Positions 32,617 to 48,374 of a stretch of DNA of 64,000 bases are shown piece by piece. Location: contig NW_005434590.1 in NCBI RefSeq assembly GCF_000315625.1, positions 75,419-139,418 on the forward strand, written 5' to 3'. The translations under genes were made by a program, and so were the position numbers. The number at the start of each line of letters is the position of its first letter. The first letter of the stretch is position 1. The stretch is from Guillardia theta CCMP2712. Taxonomy: Eukaryota; Protista; Cryptophyta. Under the pieces are notes generated by a model that saw nothing but the letters and a program-made list of their open reading frames with translations, was not told where the DNA came from and did no database searches.

Positions 32617-34133
32617 ATGGATGGGACTACAACTGAGGTGACCCCTCGCATCGGGACAGACATCAAGGTCACGATGGACGGGACGATGATGGCAAGTCTG
32701 ATTGACCGCGATGGCATGTCCAAGGTTCCAAGAGGATGGTACAAGGAGGATCCCGAGACCAGCGTCCTCCACATCCTCGCCTTCATCCACCATCGCTTCC
32801 AGCAACGCAACATCCTCCTCCTCGACTTCGTGTCCGAGTTCGATACCCTCCGATCCCCAGCCATCCGCCATCAAAAGCGCTACTCCGGCTTCATCTCCAA
32901 GATCAACCTCCGTCGAGCCATTGATCAGTGCGGGTGTCTGAGCGACCTGTCAGACAAGGCGTTCGACATGCTGGCGTCGTACTTTGAGGAGGAACGGGCA
33001 GGCATGCCGTACAAGGACGAGAGGATCAACTATGAAGCTCTTTGCGAAGTTCTTCAGGCAAGCTCCGATCATGTCTACTCCTTGTCTGTTGTTGTTTTGT
33101 GGGAGGTTTACTTGCAGTGAGTTGTCAGTCATGGGTGGTGTCTTCGTTCGCATGATTCTTGTCCTTGTTCTTGCATCCTGCTGCTGCTGCTGCTGCTTCT
33201 GCTCTCGTTTGTTCTCTCACTGTGATATGATCAGAATGTCTCTCATCACTCGGCCAGCTACGACAGGGGCACAATGACTCTCCCCGACCGATATCTCTGG
33301 ATGAGCGAGCAGGTGAAACTAGCCAAGATGGGAGGAGGAAGGGGGAAGGGGAAAGGGGGAAAGGAGGAAGGAGACTGGGTTGATGCTGCTGCTGTGGCAG
33401 CTAAGGAGCGAAGAGTTCACCTCACACTTCAAGAAGAGCCTGGATGAGCTGCCGCTGGCACGTCAGCAGCTATCAGAGGAGGTTCATCCCCCTGCCTGCT
33501 GCCTGCTGCCTGCTGCCTGCTGCCTGCTGCCTGCTGCCTGCTGCCTGCTGCCTGCTGCCTGCTGCCTGCTGCCTGCTGCCTGCTGCTGCTCCCCCAAACC
33601 TCTCTCCTGACTGTCATCAGGGGGAGAAGCGCTTCAAGGAGCTCAAGACCGCCATCATGCACAAGGTCAGCCTGTTGGTGCCGAGCGAGGAAGTAGTGAG
33701 TAAGTGAGCAGATCTACGCCGACCGCATCTCAGCGCGGGAGCTGCTGGGAGATTTCGACCCCTACCTCAACACCAGCGTGTGAGGGCAACCAGGTGGTGA
33801 AAGCAGCAGCTGACATGAGCGCAGGTCATGGATGAAGAAGACTACACAGCGCACCCCCATGATCAACATGTCCTCCGGCTGTATCTCCCGCTCACAGTAC
33901 TTGCGAGGAATGTACCAGCTTACAGGTGAACCCTCGTCCTCGTCCTCGTCCTCGTTGTAATCCTCGTCCTCGTCCTCGTCCTCCATCTCCCTCGCTTCCT
34001 TCCCTTGATCTGCTGGCAACTGAGAGGAGCAGGTCGGATGGAGCTGAGCACGGATGATCTCAACCTCATCTTCAACAAGTACAAAAAGAACGGCGCCTTC
34101 AACTACTACGTGAGTGCATCTCCGAGCTAGAAA

Positions 34134-34188
<55 letters not shown>

Positions 34189-34353
34189 CCTACTTCCTCC
34201 TGCTCAACGTTTTCCCAGGCCTTCTGTCGAGATGTGGACCCTGGCTTCGAGGAGCTCAAGGTGAGAGGAAGGGCGCGAGAGTTTCACTGACTGTGGGGTC
34301 AGGCGATATTTCATCCGGGCAGGAACGAAGCGAGCTCATCCTCAATTCGATGA
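32617..34353 (+). CDS. Degenerate EF-hand-like repeat protein
   Basis: Two homologous units: LLDFVSEFD...SGFISKINLRRAI...INYEALCEVL and ARELLGDFD...SGCISRSQYLRGM...LSTDDLNLIFNKY..NGAFNYYAFCRDVD, joined by short introns. Confidence 0.65.
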
Positions 34354-34542
34354 CCCCTAACAAGCAGGAGGATGGAGGGAAGAGGGGAATGAAAGCAGCG
34401 AGGAGGGAGGGAAGGGAGGGAGGGAGAGAAGGAGAGCATGGAGAAGAGGTGGAGAAGGAGGGAAGGAGGGAGGGGAGGGAACTTTCGAGTTCAAGTGGAT
34501 CATTGAATGTACAGACTGAATACAAACCCGTCCGCCACTCGC

Positions 34543-37500
34543 TCAGTATCGCCAGCGGATGGGAGGCATGCGGTCTGGGGCCGGAGCGAGGTTGAAGGCA
34601 GCCTGGAGGGGAGGAGGTAAGAGAAGAGAGACGAGAGAAGAGAGACCAGCCAGTCACCTCGAGGAACTGCTCGATCTCGGCCAGGTGGATGGTGCTGTTG
34701 CCGGTAGCTGGAGAGGCTGCTGGGTTTCTCCCGATGTAGCTGATCCGCTTCCCATTGATTTCAAGGAGCGCTGCAAGCTCGTCAGGCCCTCGGCACGAGT
34801 CGCCTCCTCCTACCAGTCGCTACACGCGGCTCGACGTACGACCAGCACCTGCTCATACTAGTTAGTGGACGGCCCAAGCTGAAGCTGAGCTGCGCACCCC
34901 ATGTTCTGAGGCTCCTCCTGGACCCACACGAGCTCGGCGTTAGGGTACCTTGAGGACAGTCAGTTGACAAGCTCAGGAGGAGAAACCCTCACTTCTTGGA
35001 GAGCTGCTGAACACGATCGAAGGGGAAGGGCGAGATCTGACATCGCTCATGAGTTGCTGGAGAGAGAAGGGAAGGGAGGGGCAGGGAAGGGAAGGGAGGG
35101 GCAGGGAAGGGAAGGGAGGAAGGAGGGAGGGAGGGATGGAAACAACTTTGAGAGCAGACCTGCTCTAGCGTTGCGACTGCGATGTTCTTGATCTGTCCAA
35201 CGGTCAGCCAACGGCTCCCTCGCACCCTCCACGGGCCTGACCTGGTTGTCGTTGCGGTACTTGATGACGTCATAGTACACCTTGCCAGTGCAGAGGATGA
35301 GACGTTTCACTTCCTCCGGCGCTACGATGTCGTGGGGGAAGCGCTCGTCGATCATTCTGCCACAGACAGACTTTAGCTCGTTGCCGAGCTGCCGGGAAGC
35401 AGCCACCTGCGGAACGGGATCCCTGGTACGAACTCCTGGATGTCGGACACACACTGCGGGTGACGCAGCAGGGACTTGGGGGAGAAGACGACCTGAACTT
35501 CACGTCGGCCACTAGGAAGGAGATGACAAGTGAGGAACTTTACCAGGGGCTTGCGGAACTCGCGGCGAATCTTCAGGGCGAGTCAGCGATCATGGGCGGG
35601 AAAGGTCAAGCAGCTGCTGACCTGGCGGCGGAGGGCATGGAAGTAGTTTGCTGGAGTAGAGAGGTTGACTATCTGCCAGTTGCTGTGCTGAATTTGCATC
35701 CTTCCATGCTGGGCCATCTCAGGGATGATCGCTGATATGCAAAACTTTAGCTATATAAAAGACAAACGAGGCAACTCCATGAAAAGAACAAGAACAAACA
35801 AAAGAGGCAACTCAATGAAAAGAACAAGACAAGTACCAGGGTCATCATCGCTCATTTGCAAAAAACGTTCAATCCTTGCCGAGGAATGCTCTGGCCCCTA
35901 GCAGATTCCACAGTCAAAGCAACAACACTTGGCGCATTCCCTTGTACCTGGCCCTCGTAACCGTGGGGAAGGAGCATAACAAGTCCACTCTGAGTGATTG
36001 CAAGTTCAGCTCAACCACGGACAAGAGCAGCTGCACACCTGACGCAGCCATTTCTGCTCTCCAGCCGCTATGAACTGATCGATAATGACCTGATCACCCT
36101 TGTCAAGGTGCTCAACGTCTTGTTCCACTGAAGTACCTGCGCGGTGTTGGCAAAGTCTCCGAACTGAGCCTCCCACAGCACGAGTGACATAGGGCTATGG
36201 AGAGAATATCTGAGGTGGGAAGTCAACAGCTGCAATCTCTGACGACGAGGCTGCGAACCCGAGCTCAAACCCAAGGACGCCGTACTCTGACAAGTTGGAG
36301 TTGAAGATGGAAAAGGTTGCCTGGTCTGAAGAGAGGTTCTGCAAAGGAACATACCTGCAGGAGAGTTCAGATTCAGTTCGAAAGGTAAACGTTGTCGACT
36401 CCTCACTTGCTCTCGTTCTCCTGGTCGTGCAACACAGCATGGCGGTGGCTGAAGGTCCCGCGCTCGACGTCTTGTCCGCTCAGGCGCACGTGGACACCTT
36501 CCTTGAGCAGAGTGCCGAAGGCCAGCGCCTCGGCCGTTGCCCAGTCGAGGCCAACGCCAGTGTCGAACATGTGCTTCTTGTTCTGCAAACGAGGTTCAAC
36601 AAATCATGTGGCAAGTCAGAGTTGAAGGGATGCCTGCATGACTCTCGCGAGTCCGCGATGGATGTGAAAGTCTTTCGGGTACGAAGACAGGCGCTCGCCG
36701 ACATTTCTCAGCTCCTCCAGCGGGACTCCAGTGTCTTGACGAGCAGAGAAGCTGAATCGAGACTTGAATCCCTTCCAGCGGTTCTCCAAGGGGATTTCAC
36801 CCTTATCCCAAGTTCCACTCTCAACATTTCTCCTCGCCTTCTCGAAAGCTTGTTCGAAGATTCTCACGCAGTCCGCCTCCACCTTGTCAATCTCGTCCTT
36901 GGACAGAAGGGACTTCTCCAACGCCTCGTCCTGGAATTTCTGCAACACGGGCTTCGTCTTGGAAATGTGCTGATACATCAGCGGCTGTGTGAAGCTCGGC
37001 TCGTCAATCTCATTGTGACCGTATCGCCTGTACCCAACAATGTCCACAATCACATCTTTGCCAAACTTCTGTCTGAACTCAGCTGCAGTTGCACAAACCC
37101 AGCAAACTGCTTGTAGATCGTCTGCATTCACATGGAAGATTGGGACGCTGACGCATTTCGCAACATCCGAGCAGTAAGGAGAGGACCTTGCAAAGCGAGG
37201 ATCAGTTGTGAAACCAATCTGGTTGTTCACGATGATGTGCACAGTCCCCCCAGTGCTGTATCCTTTGATATCTGAAAGTTCCAGGGTCTCATACACGATG
37301 CCCTGACCTGCAAAGGCAGCATCACCGTGAAGGAGAACGCTCATGGCGCGTCGACGAGTGTCATCCTTCAATGACTCTTGCTTCGCCCGGGTTTTACCGA
37401 GGACCACCGGATTCACAGCTTCCAAGTGGGACGGGTTTGCTACTAAGGAAAGATGAACCCGCTTGCCGCAAGTGGTGGGTCGGTCGATGGAGAATCCCAG

Positions 37501-38559
37501 GTGATACTTGACATCGCCACTGCCCCAGACCTCGTCATGTCCGGGCACGGAAGCCACAGTCCCTGCGATGAACTCCTGAAAGATCTCCTCCATCGGTTTC
37601 CTCATGACGTTGGCTAGTACGTTGAGCCTGCCTCTGTGCGGCATGCCAATATTGAAAGCTTCGCACCCCAGCTCTGCGGCTCTGTCTATCATGCTCTTGA
37701 TACCGGGGATCGCAGATTCTACCCCCTCCAAACCGAACCTTTTGGTCACTCCGTATTTCGTAGCAAGGAAAGTTTCAAAGTTGGAAGCGAACGCAAGTCT
37801 GTCGTACATGTTCAGCACGTCCGACTTGGTATGCTGGAATTTATCTGACTTTTCAAACTTGTCTCGGATCCAATTCTGCTGTTCAAGATCCGGAATATGC
37901 ATGAACTCTACTCCAATGGTATCGCAATAAGCACCCTTCAGCGTGTCAATGATCTCACGAAGAGTCTGTGGACGTCCCGAAGCCAGCACACCAGCCGCTG
38001 CTGCTCCAATTGCCGCTGCTCCCATGTAAAACTCTCTATCAAGGTCCGCATCTGTGAACCCATACGTCTTGTGATCTAAAAACTGAGGCATCTGACCATC
38101 GGGCTGCATGTGGATATTCGCTGTGTTGATTTCAAGAGGGTCGAGGTGCGCCAGGTAATGCCCGCGCACCTGGAACGCTCGAACTAACAGGAGCAAGTTC
38201 ATGTGGTCTACCGCTGCAGACGCCACCTGATCCACTTCCACTGGCACCGGCTCGATCCCCCCGGTCAGAGACGGAGGGAGGGCGTTAGCAGCGCCTGGCT
38301 GCGCGTTGGCTTGCAGGTTCGCGAAGAAAACTTGCCATGACTTGTGAACAGAGTTGGGATCCTTCTCCCATGCTTCGAAGAGCTCCTCGACATAGGCTCC
38401 CCCAGTTCCTGTGATGAAGGACTCATGCACTCGGGCTGGAGAAGAAAACTTGCGGGAGGACAGAGCTCGGGGAAACTGTCGCTGCAGGCTGGACAAGGAG
38501 AATTGCTGCCTCACTCGCCTTACAAAAGATGCACGAGCAGCGGCAACAAACATTTGCAT
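34543..38559 (-). CDS. OGDH: Mitochondrial 2-oxoglutarate dehydrogenase E1 component
   Basis: Arg/Ser-rich presequence; [53 protein letters not shown] (ThDP-binding), [60 protein letters not shown]; last exon [19 protein letters not shown]. Confidence 0.97.
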
Positions 38560-39169
38560 CTTCAGCAGAGGGCAACGATGAAGGGTGAGCTGAGACGAAG
38601 GCTAAGAGCTCAGATGAGAGATGCGCGTCCTACTTATAGGGAAGGCGGACCCTGTATGGTGGCAGTGGAAGCCTCGTGGAAGAGTACCGTCTTCCGGACC
38701 CTGCAAGCTCACGCGTCAGCCATGAAGAATGATCCAACAACATTTGGAACAAATCATCTCACTACTCCTCACTCTGCTCATCAATCGTCCTTTCCTATTC
38801 TGTTGCACAAGCTCCCAACCACTCACTCGTTTCCTCTAATCCTACCCTACGCTTTCCTTCTTCATCTCTTCCTTTCCTTTCCTTTCTTGAATCTATCTGT
38901 CTCTTCCCTCCTGCAACATGACCTCCCTTCACAGATTCACAATCCTCTTCGCCAGGTATCAACCTGCCAACGAAGTCGACTAGCTTCCTCCCTGATCTGA
39001 TCACATGGTGCCTTTCATCTTCTCACCATCTCATCTTCCCGCTTCCTCCTCTACTCCTTCCCATCCTGTTAAGTTCATTCACCCTCATCTGCTCTACGGC
39101 TCCTCCTCCCTCTCCCCCTTCCTCTCCTCCAGATATCGTCTGCGCCTGTTCCTGCCATAGCTTGACTGA

Positions 39170-39900
39170 GAGAGGGGTTCTGACCTTGGGGTCCTTTCGC
39201 AAGGGTAGGGTACTAAATTGCGGGGGTGTGCTTGTTTCCTACGTGGTAGGGGTCCTTTCCGTTTAAAATATTTCACAGATTACTATGGGGGTCCAGAAAT
39301 AAGCAGGTGGGGGTACATGTTACACAGGTAGGGGTACTCGAAAAGGGCTCAAGTACCCCACAACTACAAGAGTATTGAGTGATCCAACAAGGGTGGGAGA
39401 CTTGAACAAGGAGGTATCGTGTACGTAGGGTAGGTGAGGGTACTGTGTTGGTCAGCTAACAGGGTGAAGGGGTAGATATCAAGTCAAATTGGGGGGTGGA
39501 GCACATTAAATCAGGGGTCCCAGGTGTCTACATTGCCTACACCCCATGGACAAGCAAGGGTAGGGTGTCACCCCTACCTCCTCCAAACAAGCTTTTTCAG
39601 AACTGTTCCTGCTTTGTTCCTCGCTTACATCACCCCTACCCTATATTCATGATTGATTTTTCTTTTATGTACCCTACCCTTTTCCGCTCGCATTGTCGTG
39701 AACACTCTCTTTGTACTACCCGGTCAACTCCTTTCGATACAACCCTACTACCCCTACCACTTCCGCTTTGGGAGGAAACACCCCCCATACGAAGTACCCT
39801 CATCTACCGATAGAAAGTACCCCTCATTTTCCACTGGACACCACCCGTCATGTAACCCCTCTATAACCCCCTCTTTATACTGACGAAGTACCCCTTCCAT
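39170..39900. promoter_or_regulatory. Oriented GGGT(A)/(T)ACCC motif cluster between the divergent OGDH and SGT genes
   Basis: Left half rich in ggggt/gggtac, right half rich in acccc/gtaccc, switching near 39510-39580. Function inferred. Confidence 0.45.
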
Positions 39901-40565
39901 GAGTTTCCGGGAAATCAAGTCTGCCTCAGATGGAAGTATCAAAGAAACATCGAACGAGCGCAAGGGCGGGCATGACTTNNNNNNNNNNNNNNNNNNNNNN
40001 NNNNNNNNNNNNNNNNNNNNNNNNNNNNNNNNNNNNNNNNNNNNNNNNNNNNNNNNNNNNNNNNNNNNNNNNNNNNNNGGACGGACGGAGGGACAGACGG
40101 AGGGACAGACGGAGGGACAGACGGAGGGACGGAGGGAGGTGGGAATGGAGGGAGGGAGGGAGGGAGGGAGGGAGGTATGAACGGAGGTATGAACGGAGGG
40201 AGGAACGGAGGGAGGAACGGGGGTAGGGCTGAGGCATGGAGGAAGGCAGGGAGAGGAAGAGTCAGTCGTATCAATGAGGATGCCGCAATCAAAGAGAGAT
40301 GTGGAGGGAGAGGATTTATTCAGATGCTCGGGAGGGGTGAAATTCAAGGATCAGAAGGAGGCCTGCGAGGTGACAAGTGTTGAATAGGAAGGATTAACAG
40401 TAGGTAGCATGGCTGAGAGTGAAGAATCCATTAACATGTATGAGCGACTGACATGACGCGGCGGGGAGGGGGATTGGAGGATTGCCAGCACATCGTGCAA
40501 AGATGGCATGTTGACCACCTCTGGGGCAACACATGCCTGGTAGGTAGTGACGGTTGGTGCTGCAG

Positions 40566-43042
40566 ATGTCAGAGCAAGAACACAGATCACTTCGGCTTGC
40601 TATCATCGAGTACCTTAACGGGGTTGCCAAAGATGGTTCGCTGAGCGCTGACGCTACTGAGAGTTTGGTGAGTTTTGCAAGCGACTTGCTCGACAAGGGA
40701 TTATCTTCGGGATAACTTCTTGTTCATGTTGAGGAACTTCAATCCATGTTTGTTTAGCATGCGATCTATCAGCAGAGTGTCTTCAAACGACTGCACTCTC
40801 ATCTAACGCTCTTCTTATGCAGGAAGTGGCAGTACAATGCCTGATGGAGGCATTCGGGATCGAGAGCATGGACAAGTGTACAGAGGAGAACGCAATCAAA
40901 CCTCTGACGCTGCCTGTTGTCTTCCACACTGGCGTCCAGGTCTTGATGGGATCCGAAAGCAATGATGCTGCGAAGAACGTGCCGGAGGATTCGCAGCAGG
41001 TAGCTGCGACCATGCCGATGTCAACTACTCGAGATGACACCTTTATAGGGAAGGCAGGCAGAAAGGCCAGCAGAGCATGACGAGGGTCAGGAAGCGCTGT
41101 TCAAGAAGTTCATCGTCACGTTGAAGGAGCGGGGTTTCTTCGCGGGGCTCGAGGAGGGGACGGTGAAGTTGTGCGGGTGCGGGTCTGCCGTCCTGATTCC
41201 TGACGTAGCCTGAATGGGATGAGCGAATGGGTCGAGCAAGGGCGAAGTTTTCGGAGCGATACTCAGCGTCGTCGATGGCTCCAGCAGGGAAGAAGTCTCA
41301 GGAGCCCGCGGCTGCAGTAGAGCCTCTGCGGGAGAGGCTGCAGGAGGAAACGAAGAGGATGGAGGAGGTAGGCTGCTGCTTTGGCCTGCTGATTCGTCCG
41401 ACTTGACCCGCTGCTGAAGGCTGAGGCGGAGAAGGTGAAGGGCAACGATCACCTAACAAACCAGCGCTATGCTGAGGCTGTGCGAGCATACAGCTCTGCC
41501 ATCCAGCTGTGGCCCAACAACGCAGTGTACTACTCCAACAGAGCAGCAGGTGTGTGAGATCTCCATTGATCTGATTGCTCCTTGTGTCATGGGGTCGAGT
41601 TGATCATTTTTTCATGTTCAGCCTACACACATATGCACATGTACGACGAGGCGATCAACGACTGCAGGAAGGCGATCAAGGTGCATCCGTGTAGTCGTGT
41701 TGCTCTGCTGCTGAACACACCCGACAGATCAAACCAGACTTTGCTAAAGCGTACTCCGATTCCGACTCGCTCCTGACTGTTGGTAAGAGATTCTGCCAGG
41801 TACTCGAGATTAGGAACAGCACACTTTCAGGCAGGGCGGTACAAGGAGGCGCTGGACGAGGGGTATGCCTTGACCATGCAGTGTTCGACTCTGATGTTGA
41901 CCTGCTCAGATATCTTACGGCAGCTGAGCTCGAGCCCAGCAACCAGCAGTATGCGAAGGTGAGGTACAAACAAGACGCTCCTTCATGTGACGCCTTCTCA
42001 GGCTATCGACCTGGCCAGATCGCGTCTCAACGAAGCAAGCAACAGGTTCAGTAGCGTGCTCTTGCCTGACCCGCTTCCTCAATGTGAGTGGTGTGTTAGG
42101 GCCTTTCCTCAAGGGGCAGGGGCTGCCGGCGGCTTCGACATCGACGAGGCGCTCTTGGGAGGAGCCGGAGGGCTCTTCAGCAACCCAGAGCTCTTGCAGG
42201 TGTGACGTGCGATGTTTGTGATGTTTGTGCTGACGATCCTGCTGCTGGAGCAGACGCTATCGGCATTACAGGTCTGGCGAATTCCTCCATCTGTTCCTCC
42301 CTCTTCCCGCTGGCATGCCCAAAATCTTGCACCTCGCTTCTCTTCTGACCCTTCCCCGTCCTTTCCCCGTCCCCGCCCCACCCACCTTCCTCTCTCTGTC
42401 TCTCTGTCTCTTATCTCTCGTCCCTGTCCCCTTCCCCCTTGTCTACAATCGTCCTCCTGCATCTGATCGCATATTTTCTCAGGGGGGCTGTCCTGGAGGA
42501 TTCCCCAATGCCAACAGCGCTGGAGCCATGGGGAACGAGGGGGATGGAAACGCTTTCCTTTCGCAATCGGCAGAAGCTTTTCAAGCAGCTCTAGCGTCGC
42601 CCGGCTTTGAGGACCTGAGAAGCAGTGCCAAGGTGCGGAACTAGATTCGCCTGGCTCTGTCCTACTTTCTGACATTTATTCAGGCGCAGAAGATTGTCTC
42701 GGACTTGCGTCAGTACGGGCCCATGGCCTTCATGAACTACGTCAACGACGACGAGGTGATGCCGTCTAGATCAACATCTCTACCTGCTCTCCTCTCTCCT
42801 CCTCCGTCCGACTTTCTTACCTGCTCTCCTCCTCTCCTCTACTGCACTCTACCTCAAGTATTCTCTTCCTCTCAGCCTTTGCTTCGCCGAGTCTGCGACT
42901 CAGCAGGCCTTTCGCTCCTTCAGCACGTAGCATCGACTAAGTTCTTGTGCTCTGACTTCGTGACGTGCCGCAGGCCACCGACATTATCAACCGCTTGTCC
43001 TCTGCCGCTCTGACTCACTTGGGTCCACCGGGATATTCGTAG
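40566..43042 (+). CDS. SGTA: SGT/SGTA-family TPR co-chaperone (Sgt2-like)
   Basis: N-terminal dimerisation motif LRLAIIEYLN...ESLEVAVQCLMEAFGI. Three TPRs: AEKVKGNDHL..QRYAEAVRAYSSAIQLWPNNAVYYSNRAAAY, IKPDFAKAYSRLGTAHF, and LEPSN. C-terminal STI1-like segment IVSDLRQYGPMAFMNYVND; last exon ATDIINRLSSAALTHLGPPGYS*. Confidence 0.88.
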
Positions 43043-43364
43043 CCTACGTCCGAGTATACCGTGCGAGTTTGCCCGTCAGTAAACGCCTCATTACACTCTG
43101 AGTGCCAGTGCCGGGAACGGTTGCCACATCGGCCAGTGGGCCGGGCCCGAGGCAGCACTGAGGCTGGCCCTGCGTTGTCGCCGGATGGCCCTCACGGCCT
43201 AGCAACTCCGAGATTGGGATATGCGTCCCACCCTTGTCGCTGGCTTTTCTGGATTATAATCCAGAAAAAGGTGGGTGGTACTCATTGCAATGAGATAGAG
43301 CTCTAAAACTATTCCCCATAACCCCTTCCTCTCACTCGCATTTGTACCGGTGGAGGTGACAACT

Positions 43365-43447
43365 AGTCAAAGCGAAAACCTCTCTTTTCAGTGGGGCAGC
43401 ATGACACAAGAAGTCAAAGCGAAAACCTCTCTTTTCAGTGGGGCAGC
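43365..43447. repeat. 36-bp direct repeat x2 (47-bp period) upstream of the RWP-RK gene
   Basis: agtcaaagcgaaaacctctcttttcagtggggcagc at 43365-43400 and 43412-43447. Confidence 0.95.
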
Positions 43448-43520
43448 TAACGTTCAGATCTCCCTTCAACAAGGCCTCCTGGGGCCCCGTCCCGTCTCCT
43501 CGCACGCGCAACCCTGTCTC

Positions 43521-44003
43521 ATGCACACCCTCTACGTAAAGTCTCGTCCCAGGCGCTCCTCCAGCCGACATATCGTGCAGCTCTCCCTCCCCCTCCTCTC
43601 CCGCCTCTTCCACCTCAAGCAGCCCCTGGCCGCCGACTGCCTCGGCATCTCCCTCACCTCCCTCAAGAGCGCCTGCCGCAAGCTTGGTCTTCGCCGGTGG
43701 CCGTACGAGCGCGCTCAGCAGCGGGAGAGCGAGGAGGGGTCGGGTCGTGGCTCGCTCGCAGACAGCAGCAGGCTCGCTCATGCGACAGGAGGCGGGCCTA
43801 CGGATCAGGAGGAGCAGCTCAACCCGGTGTTGTCTTCTGGCGACCCCTCGCCCTGGCGTTGTGTAGGGCTGGAGGGGCTGGAAGGGAGGGAGAAGGGATG
43901 TGAGGAGGCGAGAGAGGGTCTGTTTGAGGAGCTTTTCGGAAGCTTGCCGCTGGAGGTGGAGGAGGAGCAGCAGAGGAAGGGCTGTGAGCTTGAGATCTTT
44001 TAA
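43521..44003 (+). CDS. RWP-RK domain transcription factor, intronless (alternative start at 43401)
   Basis: LSLPLLSRLFHLKQPLAADCLGISLTSLKSACRKLGLRRWPYER matches the RWP-RK signature. Confidence 0.88.
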   Translation: MHTLYVKSRPRRSSSRHIVQLSLPLLSRLFHLKQPLAADCLGISLTSLKSACRKLGLRRWPYERAQQRESEEGSGRGSLADSSRLAHATGGGPTDQEEQLNPVLSSGDPSPWRCVGLEGLEGREKGCEEAREGLFEELFGSLPLEVEEEQQRKGCELEIF

Positions 44004-44649
44004 CAGTCCAGTTGTATTAGGATAATATCGCCAGTCTTTGAAAACGTTAAGTCTTATCTGCTTTGCATTTTTTTTTTTTTTTTTGCAAGATTATTGAACA
44101 CCAAATTATTGTTGCCAAAAGGCTTGGTGCTCGTGATTATGGTCCTCAGTTATCACCGCAACAAGTGCGAACGAGCTGTCTCCTGTGACAGTTGGACTTT
44201 CCTGTTCCCCTCTTGGTTCTCAAAGTGATTTTGTTAGTAGCCCTGCGGCATGCCGAGCATCGGCGCCCCGTAGTGCGAGAATTGCACTTGCCCTACTCAA
44301 GGCTTGCCAAGTTCACCGAGTTACACTGATGAGTATGGCAAGGTACTCCATCACACTGTCAAGATCATCCCAGTGTTAGAGCTCGAAGGAACAGGTCTCT
44401 CCCCAGAGCCAGATATAGCTGCAGCAGAACTCGGAAAGGCGTCATCTACAGTTGATTGTGATTTCTACTCCAACAACAGAGCCTGGCAAGACACCTATGA
44501 CCATCGCAGTGAGAAGGCTCACATCATCCTTTGGGTTTATTCCCGCCCGTTGAAGTTGAGCAAGCCGCCGGGGACCCGGAAGCTTACAGTAGTACTATGG
44601 CTCTTCTCAGTTTTACAACTCAGTGACCTCCGAGGCTCCTTGCATCAGC

Positions 44650-44860
44650 GCACTGGTCAGTGAGACCCGGCCGCAACTTGACTTGCTGACTTGCAAACGG
44701 GCCCGGCACCGGGCCGCACAGTGATGGTTGACTCTGTGAGCCTTCCCTGCTGAGTCACCGGCCGGCGGCGCCGGGTACCGTACTGTCCCCCTCCGGTCTG
44801 ACGGACTCGGGAGTACGGTCAGTCCGAGTGAGCCGGCCGGGCCCGGCCGCCGGCCTCTTG
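44650..44860. repeat. GC-rich palindrome-dense intergenic tract; related tracts at 43095-43205 and 57900-58290
   Basis: Perfect 16-bp palindrome cggccgggcccggccg at 44834-44849; also cgggcccggc and gagtcaccg, shared with the other tracts. Confidence 0.6.
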
Positions 44861-44978
44861 AGTGTAACAAAGGGGATCAACGGTTGCGAAATGACGGGGG
44901 TTGTGAAGGAGGGAATGCGGGAAGGGAAGGAGAGAGGGGCAGAGAAGAGAGCAGGATGAGAGAGGGAGGAGAAGCGAG

Positions 44979-45094
44979 CATCATCTATACTTCATCACAG
45001 ACAAGATAGCTCTTGATCATCATCTATACTTCATCACAGACAAGATAGCTCTTGATCATCATCTAGACTTCATCATAGACAAGATAGCTCTTGA
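44979..45094. repeat. 39-bp minisatellite x3
   Basis: catcatctatacttcatcacagacaagatagctcttgat head-to-tail; the third copy has 2 substitutions. Confidence 0.95.
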
Positions 45095-45337
45095 AGTGCA
45101 TCTTCTAGTAGAAGACCCGATACCAGAATGCCAATGCTTCAATCACACGTTGATAGATGTATTGAGGCGAGAATGAAGAAGATGGAGATGGTTGAGAAGG
45201 AGAGACCTTCGGAAGAGGAACAAGGCCCAGCGATTAAGCAGGAGGAGGTTGAGATCGGGCTGCGCATGTCTCTCAGGAGTCTCCGTCTTTCCATCATATC
45301 ATCGCTCACTTTCCCTTTCCTCTTTCTCGTTCAGGAG

Positions 45338-48374
<3,037 letters not shown>

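Noticed and set aside
44068-44084. Poly-T as a retroposon poly(A) tail
   Set aside because: No target-site duplication or reverse-transcriptase sequence found.
44304-44663. 119-aa ORF as a gene
   Set aside because: Non-ATG start, no recognisable domain, and it runs into the palindromic tract.
44979-45094. CRISPR-like array (also 43365-43447 and 49472-49547)
   Set aside because: Only 2-3 head-to-tail copies without unique spacers, no cas genes, eukaryotic context.
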